DNA of 63,999 nucleotides, counting the filler, from Craspedostauros australis (Eukaryota): NCBI GenBank assembly GCA_030167865.1. It is 9 parts of 9 records of this genome, joined end to end, with 100 filler letters (N's around TTAATTAATTAA, not from the genome) between each part and the next. Parts side by side here need not be neighbours in the genome. Positions count along the whole stretch, not along the records: positions 57,201 to 58,810 come from JALAGF010004120.1; positions 58,911 to 62,793 come from JALAGF010004122.1; positions 62,894 to 63,999 come from JALAGF010004179.1; 6 more parts are not named here. The stretch is one strand, 5' to 3'. Numbering within the stretch: the first letter of the stretch is position 1; every line of letters begins with the position of its first letter. Below are positions 57,201-63,999 of this stretch, piece by piece. The position numbers and the translations under genes were made by a program. The notes below the pieces were generated by a model. It was not told where the DNA came from and made no database searches. It saw only the letters and a list, made by a program, of their open reading frames with translations.

Positions 57201-58810
57201 CCGGAAGAGCTCGCAACTTGGATGATATCAGCATGATCACATCGCTCGATCTCTTCCTGCTTGTGTGATCCAGCTCCCTTACCGCGTGGCCGCTGCGTTG
57301 ATGCGATCCCATCATGGATGTGTTGAGTTCCCATTGGAACGTGATGCGGCTGTACGCCAATGCCTTCGTGCGTTCCATGTCCTGCAGCAGTTGAACTGAG
57401 TAGAAGATGTTGCCTTCGCTCTGCCTGTACAGCACCTCGACTGTATCGTCGACGACATCATCGTCCTGCTGGAAGAGATGTGACACCCATTCTCGCATTT
57501 CCTGCCTCGTGAAGTTGCGGAGGTCGATGTTGACGAATGGGGTTGATGGTTCATCACCAGCGGGATCGCTGGCAGGATCATCCTTCGTAGTGTTACCATT
57601 TCCTCTGTTGTTGGTGCTGCCATTTTCGTTCGATGGTGACGTTGCTGTTCCTGATATCGCTGCGGTTGCAGAACGCTCCTCCATATCCGCGTGGAACTTC
57701 GCAAATGGCAGATGGGGTTCCAACTCCAACACTTCGTCGGACAGATGCGGGTTGGGCACCTGGCGGATGGTTCCGATCAACAGGAAATGGGACTGATGGA
57801 TTGCCGTTGACATCAAGTCCATGCACTCCTGTGATGCCCACTGTAAGTCATCCAGCACCAGCACCATCGGACATTGCTTGGAGGAGATGAGAGTCAGGAA
57901 CTGGATGAAGGTGTATTGGAAACGATTCCAAGACTTGTCCGTGTTGGAGATATGTGCCGGCTGTGACTGTGATTGCTGCTGCTGTTTTGGTTGCCTGAAC
58001 GAAGATGCAATGGAGGTGGCATCGTTGTCATCCTCGCTCATGAGAATTGAGAGTGCTGGAACGAACGTATGGAGGAGATCCACTTGCTCGGTCGTCAGCG
58101 ATCCTGTCTTGATGATGGATCGAAGCCTCTGCAGTTCTGATATCGTGGCTGGAGTCCTCCTGCCATTCGATTTGATGGCGTCGACGTTGCCTCCATCCTT
58201 CGATGTGGCCATCTCCTTACACCAATCCGACAGTGCTTGGGTGATGGCTGAGAAGGGGTTGCCTTGTTGATTCTCTTCGAACTTGCCCTTCAGCACACGA
58301 ACACCTGCTCGGTCCTTCTTTCTTCTGCGGTCCATCACCTGATCGCAAAACACATCCACGAGCTTGGACTTCCCTGATCCGCTGCTGCCCCAAACGAATA
58401 CAGCCGGGAGGAATGCACCATCCGCGGCAACCTCCGACGACGATGACGCCAAAGTCGCTGCCNCCTTNGCANGGGTCGCCTTGCTGGTCCCACGTGATTT
58501 GCTGTGATGCATCATTCGATCAAACACTTGATGCAGCGTCTGCAGCTCCTTCTCTCGCCCGAAGAAGTCATCTTTGGTATCTCCATCCGTGCCCGACGCG
58601 GCAAACAGCGTGTGGGGCAGCTCCGTCTCCAGTTCGACCTCGTTGTATCCATCGTCATAGAAGTCATTGCCAGAAGTGAGGACTGTGTCATGCAGAAGCG
58701 AAGCCGCCGCTTTCACGGGCGACTGCTTGTGGGAATATTCCAATGACACGCATACTTTGTGACCTTGAGAGTGATCAAATTGTGTCGTGAATGAATTTTG
58801 TTCCTCAATC
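57201..58810 (-). CDS. STAND-class/AAA_16 ATPase domain protein (internal fragment, open at both contig ends)
   Basis: FFGREKELQTL, Walker A VWGSSGSGKSKL, KGKFEE..PFSAI, Walker B LVLDDLQWA and SEGNIFY. These match the ATPase module of bacterial-type multi-sensor kinases and transcription regulators. Confidence 0.85.
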
Positions 58811-58910
58811 NNNNNNNNNNNNNNNNNNNNNNNNNNNNNNNNNNNNNNNNNNNNTTAATTAATTAANNNNNNNNNNNNNNNNNNNNNNNNNNNNNNNNNN
58901 NNNNNNNNNN

Positions 58911-61900
58911 CATGCAACGTCAAGGGAAACAACGACATGCTCAGCATCACCCGTCCAGACGTCATCCAGGGCATCTACAAGCAGTACCTCGAGGTGGGAG
59001 GATCCGACCTGATCGGAACCAACACCTTCTCATCCACCACCATCGCCCAAGCTGACTACGAGATGGAGGCATACGCATACGAGCTCAACTACGAGTCCGC
59101 CCGTCTCGCTCGTGAGGTGTGTGACGAAGTCACAGCCAAGGACCCAACCAAGCCACGCTTCGTGGTGGGAGCCATGGGACCGACCAACCGCACAGGATCC
59201 ATCTCGCCATCCGTTGAGGATCCATCCGTTCGCAACGTCGACTTCGACGAGCTTGTGGAAGCGTACTTCGAACAGATCGTGGGATTGGTCGATGGAGGTT
59301 GTGACATCCTGATGGTCGAGACCATCTTCGATACCCTCAACGCCAAGGCAGCCGTCTACGCCGTGGGAGAGTTCCTCGAGATCACTGGCATCGACATGCC
59401 GCTGTTCGTCTCTGGAACCCTCGTCGATCAATCTGGCCGTACCCTGTCCGGACAGACCGGAGAGGCGTTTTACGCATCCATCCGCCACAGCAAGCCCATG
59501 TGCGTTGGTTTGAACTGTGCCTTGGGTGCCGAGCACATGGTCCCATTCGTGGAGAGACTGGCCAAGTGTGTGGAGTGCTTCATGCACGTGTACTCGAATG
59601 CTGGTCTTCCAAATGCCATGGGAGGATACGATGAGACCCCATCCGATATGGCCGAAGGAAACCGTGTGTTCTTCGAGAACGGATGGCTGAACATGGTGGG
59701 AGGATGCTGCGGATCCACACCAGAACACATCAAGGCCATCCGCGAGGCATCCGAGAGCTACAAGCCCCGCAAGCTCCCAGATGTGGGACGCCCCAAGATG
59801 TGGCTGTCTGGTCTTGAGGATCTTGTGGTGGATGACGTCCACAACCACCTCGGTCTTCCATTCCTGAACGTCGGAGAGCGATGCAACATCGCTGGATCGA
59901 TCCGATTCAAGAAGCTGATGATGGCTGGCGACTACGCAACCGCCATGGACATCGCCAAGCATCAGGTCGAAGATGGAGCCCACGTGATCGACATCAACGT
60001 CGATGATGGTATGCTCGATGGACTCGCTGCCATGCAGAAGTTCGTGAAGATCGCCATCACCGAGCCAGAAGTGTCGAAGGTTCCATTCATGCTCGACGCA
60101 TCGAAGTTCGAGATCGTGATGGCCGGACTGAAGTGGTGCCAGGGCAAGCCCATCGTGAACTCCATCTCCCTGAAGGTCGGAGAAGAGCTGTTCATGGAGC
60201 ATGCGACTCTGCTGCGCAAGCACGGAGCAGCAGTGGTGGTGATGGCCTTCGATGAGGAAGGTCAGGCCGCCACTGCGGATGAGAAGATCCGCATCTGCAA
60301 GCGTTCGTATGACATCCTGGTGAACAAGGTCCGCTTCCCACCTGAAGACATCATCTTCGATCCGAACGTGTTGACGATCGGAACAGGAATGGAGGAGCAC
60401 TCGAACTACGGCGTTGATTTCATCAACGCCACGAAGGTGATCAAGGAGCAATGTCCATACGTGAAGATCAGCGGAGGTATCTCGAACCTTTCGTTTGGCT
60501 TCCGTGGTGTGACGAAGATCCGCGAGTCCATCCATGCTGTGTTTTTGCATGAGGCAATCTTGAACTCTGGAATGGACGTCGGTATCGTGAACGCCAAGGA
60601 GCTGTTGGCCGTGGATGAGCTCGAAGACGACATGCGGATCTTGTGTGAGAACCTTGTCTTCAACAAGGACGAGGATGCCACCGAGGACATGTTGAAGCGC
60701 ACTTCTTACGAGCGTGCCGCCAAGGAAGCCCTCAAGAAGGGATTGCCACCACCAAGAAAGCCCCGTGGCAAGATGCGCCAGCTTCCGAAGAAGCAGTTCG
60801 CCTACGATGCGATCCCATCCAAGCCAGCCATCGAGCCACCCACACCGGTGTCCGATGTGGCCCGCAACCACGTCCCCAATCCATACACCAACTCCACCTT
60901 CACCCACGAAACCATCGCAGCCATCCGCGCCAAGGCCACCAACCCAAACAAGGACATCAACTTCGACTACACACAGGACCCCGACCTCTACCCAGCCGAG
61001 TTCCCGTACTTCGTGCGTGGACGCGACAGTCTCCGTGAGTACATCACCAAGCTCTTCAACAGTCGCATCTCTCTCTACGATGGTGGAATGGGAACCATGA
61101 TCCAGAACTTCTCCAAGCGCAACCGTCTCGAAGAGGAGGAGTACAGAGGTGATCGCTTCCCCAACTGGTCATGCAACGTCAAGGGAAACAACGACATGCT
61201 CAGCATCACCCGTCCAGACGTCATCCAGGGCATCTACAAGCAGTACCTCGAGGTGGGAGGATCCGACCTGATCGGAACCAACACCTTCTCATCCACCACC
61301 ATCGCCCAAGCTGACTACGAGATGGAGGCATACGCATACGAGCTCAACTACGAGTCCGCCCGTCTCGCTCGTGAGGTGTGTGACGAAGTCACAGCCAAGG
61401 ACCCAACCAAGCCACGCTTCGTGGTGGGAGCCATGGGACCGACCAACCGCACAGGATCCATCTCGCCATCCGTTGAGGATCCATCCGTTCGCAACGTCGA
61501 CTTCGACGAGCTTGTGGAAGCGTACTTCGAACAGATCGTGGGATTGGTCGATGGAGGTTGTGACATCCTGATGGTCGAGACCATCTTCGATACCCTCAAC
61601 GCCAAGGCAGCCGTCTACGCCGTGGGAGAGTTCCTCGAGATCACTGGCATCGACATGCCGCTGTTCGTCTCTGGAACCCTCGTCGATCAATCTGGCCGTA
61701 CCCTGTCCGGACAGACCGGAGAGGCGTTTTACGCATCCATCCGCCACAGCAAGCCCATGTGCGTTGGTTTGAACTGTGCCTTGGGTGCCGAGCACATGGT
61801 CCCATTCGTGGAGAGACTGGCCAAGTGTGTGGAGTGCTTCATGCACGTGTACTCGAATGCTGGTCTTCCAAATGCCATGGGAGGATACGATGAGACCCCA

Positions 61901-62793
61901 TCCGATATGGCCGAAGGAAACCGTGTGTTCTTCGAGAACGGATGGCTGAACATGGTGGGAGGATGCTGCGGATCCACACCAGAACACATCAAGGCCATCC
62001 GCGAGGCATCCGAGAGCTACAAGCCCCGCAAGCTCCCAGATGTGGGACGCCCCAAGATGTGGCTGTCTGGTCTTGAGGATCTTGTGGTGGATGACGTCCA
62101 CAACCACCTCGGTCTTCCATTCCTGAACGTCGGAGAGCGATGCAACATCGCTGGATCGATCCGATTCAAGAAGCTGATGATGGCTGGCGACTACGCAACC
62201 GCCATGGACATCGCCAAGCATCAGGTCGAAGATGGAGCCCACGTGATCGACATCAACGTCGATGATGGTATGCTCGATGGACTCGCTGCCATGCAGAAGT
62301 TCGTGAAGATCGCCATCACCGAGCCAGAAGTGTCGAAGGTTCCATTCATGCTCGACGCATCGAAGTTCGAGATCGTGATGGCCGGACTGAAGTGGTGCCA
62401 GGGCAAGCCCATCGTGAACTCCATCTCCCTGAAGGTCGGAGAAGAGCTGTTCATGGAGCATGCGACTCTGCTGCGCAAGCACGGAGCAGCAGTGGTGGTG
62501 ATGGCCTTCGATGAGGAAGGTCAGGCCGCCACTGCGGATGAGAAGATCCGCATCTGCAAGCGTTCGTATGACATCCTGGTGAACAAGGTCCGCTTCCCAC
62601 CTGAAGACATCATCTTCGATCCGAACGTGTTGACGATCGGAACAGGAATGGAGGAGCACTCGAACTACGGCGTTGATTTCATCAACGCCACGAAGGTGAT
62701 CAAGGAGCAATGTCCATACGTGAAGATCAGCGGAGGTATCTCGAACCTTTCGTTTGGCTTCCGTGGTGTGACGAAGATCCGCGAGTCCATCCA
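58911..62793 (+). CDS. metH: Cobalamin-dependent methionine synthase, partial, with two tandem homocysteine-binding + pterin-binding modules
   Basis: GNNDMLSITRPD, TNTF, GPTNRT, ETIFDTLN, the zinc ligands GLNC and GGCCG, GERCN, NSISLK, DIIFDPN and GGISNLSFGFRG each occur twice in one frame. The B12-binding and reactivation domains are not on this contig. Confidence 0.95.
58911..62793. repeat. Direct repeat 58911-60534 = 61170-62793 (period 2259 nt)
   Basis: ORF track entries recur at +2259 with identical translations. The segment 60535-61169 is unique. Confidence 0.95.
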
Positions 62794-62935
62794 NNNNNNN
62801 NNNNNNNNNNNNNNNNNNNNNNNNNNNNNNNNNNNNNTTAATTAATTAANNNNNNNNNNNNNNNNNNNNNNNNNNNNNNNNNNNNNNNNNNNNACATCTG
62901 CAGCCTACCTGTCCGTATCGACAGCATATCCCAAC

Positions 62936-63999
62936 ATGAGTATCCCATCACTTCCTTCCAATATCAACCCCGCCATCGCTGTTGATGATATCGAAGCCGC
63001 CAACGCCAACGTCATCCCCACTGAGCATGAAATCATCCACAAATCCATCCAAAACAAGTCCTTCGTCGAACACATCAAGTTCGTCGTTGAACGCAAGTCC
63101 GACACCGTCTTCTCCACTTGGTACAACGAGAAGGGAAAGGCAATCGATAACTACACCTTCCAGCAGCTCTGGGATGAAGCGGGACACTGTGCCCACCTCC
63201 TTCGCAACAAATGGGGCACCAATAAAGGCGACCGCGTGGTCCTCTGCTACGACTTCGGTCTGCACTTCTTCGCCATGTTCCTGGGATGTCTGCGCGCGGG
63301 CGTGACAGCCATGTTGGTGTACCCTCCGGGGCCGCCGCTAGTCAAGTCGCTCACCAAGATGAACAAGATCATCGAGGATTGCGCTCCGGCACTCATCCTC
63401 ACCCAGGCGACCATCAATCTGCTCCGTGTTACCGATCGCGCCAACCCGACATCCAAGAGCCGGGCCATGTGGCCGAGCAGGGTGAAGTACAAAGTTACCG
63501 ATCATATCATCCGTCACAACCCGTTCATCGCCAACAAAAACAAGAGCAACAGCAACAACTCCAAGCAGTCAAATAATGGTATCCTTTCGTGCTTCGTTTC
63601 TGGCTGCTCCTCGTCGCCGCCACCTTCCTTCGATGAACCAAACATCGTGGGATCGGATCTGGCGTTCCTCCAGTACACATCCGGGAGTACCGGCAACCCC
63701 AAGGGCGTCATGGTGACCCACGAAGCGCTGCGGGCCAACATCGAGCTCGTACAGAGCTACTGGTTCGCTTCATTCCAAGACCAGCTGGGTGATATGAGCG
63801 ACATCCCAAAGCACATCGCCACATGCTCTTGGTTGCCGCAGTACCATGACATGGGCCTCATCGAGATGGGCATTGCGCCATTGGCAGGCACCTTCCGCTC
63901 CCACATGATATCACCAGTCTCGTTCATCCGCAACCCGTTGCTCTGGATTGATCTCATGTCCCAGCACAAGTGCCACATCAGTGCCGCTCCCGACTTTGG
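62936..63999 (+). CDS. Fatty acyl-AMP ligase (FAAL)-type adenylation domain protein, 3'-partial
   Basis: Hand translation from ATG 62936 gives GDRVVLCYDFGLHFFAMFLGCLRAGV..VYPP, DLAFLQYTSGSTGNPKGVMVTH, SWLPQYHDMGLI, SPVSFIRNPLLWIDLMS and SAAPDFG. The frame runs off the window, so it is absent from the ORF track. Confidence 0.88.
   Translation, partial: MSIPSLPSNINPAIAVDDIEAANANVIPTEHEIIHKSIQNKSFVEHIKFVVERKSDTVFSTWYNEKGKAIDNYTFQQLWDEAGHCAHLLRNKWGTNKGDRVVLCYDFGLHFFAMFLGCLRAGVTAMLVYPPGPPLVKSLTKMNKIIEDCAPALILTQATINLLRVTDRANPTSKSRAMWPSRVKYKVTDHIIRHNPFIANKNKSNSNNSKQSNNGILSCFVSGCSSSPPPSFDEPNIVGSDLAFLQYTSGSTGNPKGVMVTHEALRANIELVQSYWFASFQDQLGDMSDIPKHIATCSWLPQYHDMGLIEMGIAPLAGTFRSHMISPVSFIRNPLLWIDLMSQHKCHISAAPDF

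Noticed and set aside
5900..62893. Regularly recurring TTAATTAATTAA motif flanked by Ns
   Set aside because: It is a synthetic six-frame-stop spacer used to concatenate contigs. It is not a biological repeat, and gene neighbourhoods across it (e.g. metH next to FAAL) are meaningless.

Overview
This is eukaryotic nuclear DNA, most likely from a diatom or other ochrophyte. The evidence is GT-AG introns, an ASAFAP-type bipartite plastid-targeting presequence on FtsH and diatom-type gene families. The window is nine contigs joined by artificial 100-nt linkers (N44-TTAATTAATTAA-N44): 1-5899, 6000-15378, 15479-29054, 29155-40986, 41087-52431, 52532-57100, 57201-58810, 58911-62793 and 62894-63999. 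Adjacency across linkers is therefore not biological. 29155-39065 is the reverse complement of 15479-25389, most likely redundant assembly. Recognisable genes are a secreted trypsin, a SUZ12/VEFS-box PRC2 subunit, plastid FtsH, a TPR protein, an SLC25 carrier, HID1, an F-box protein, a STAND/AAA_16 ATPase, B12-dependent methionine synthase and a fatty acyl-AMP ligase. The most unusual items are: (1) a METH frame with the homocysteine+folate module tandemly repeated in frame (2259-nt unit); (2) a Crinkler/RHS-like P-loop NTPase with a C-terminal restriction-endonuclease-like motif; (3) a probably plastid-targeted protein with five CysRS anticodon-domain-like repeats plus RGG and SAP; (4) a LINE-like 3' end with two covarying ~80-nt hairpins; and (5) several pseudogenes and a repeat with CpG-type decay. 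All calls are from reading motifs by eye; no searches were run.
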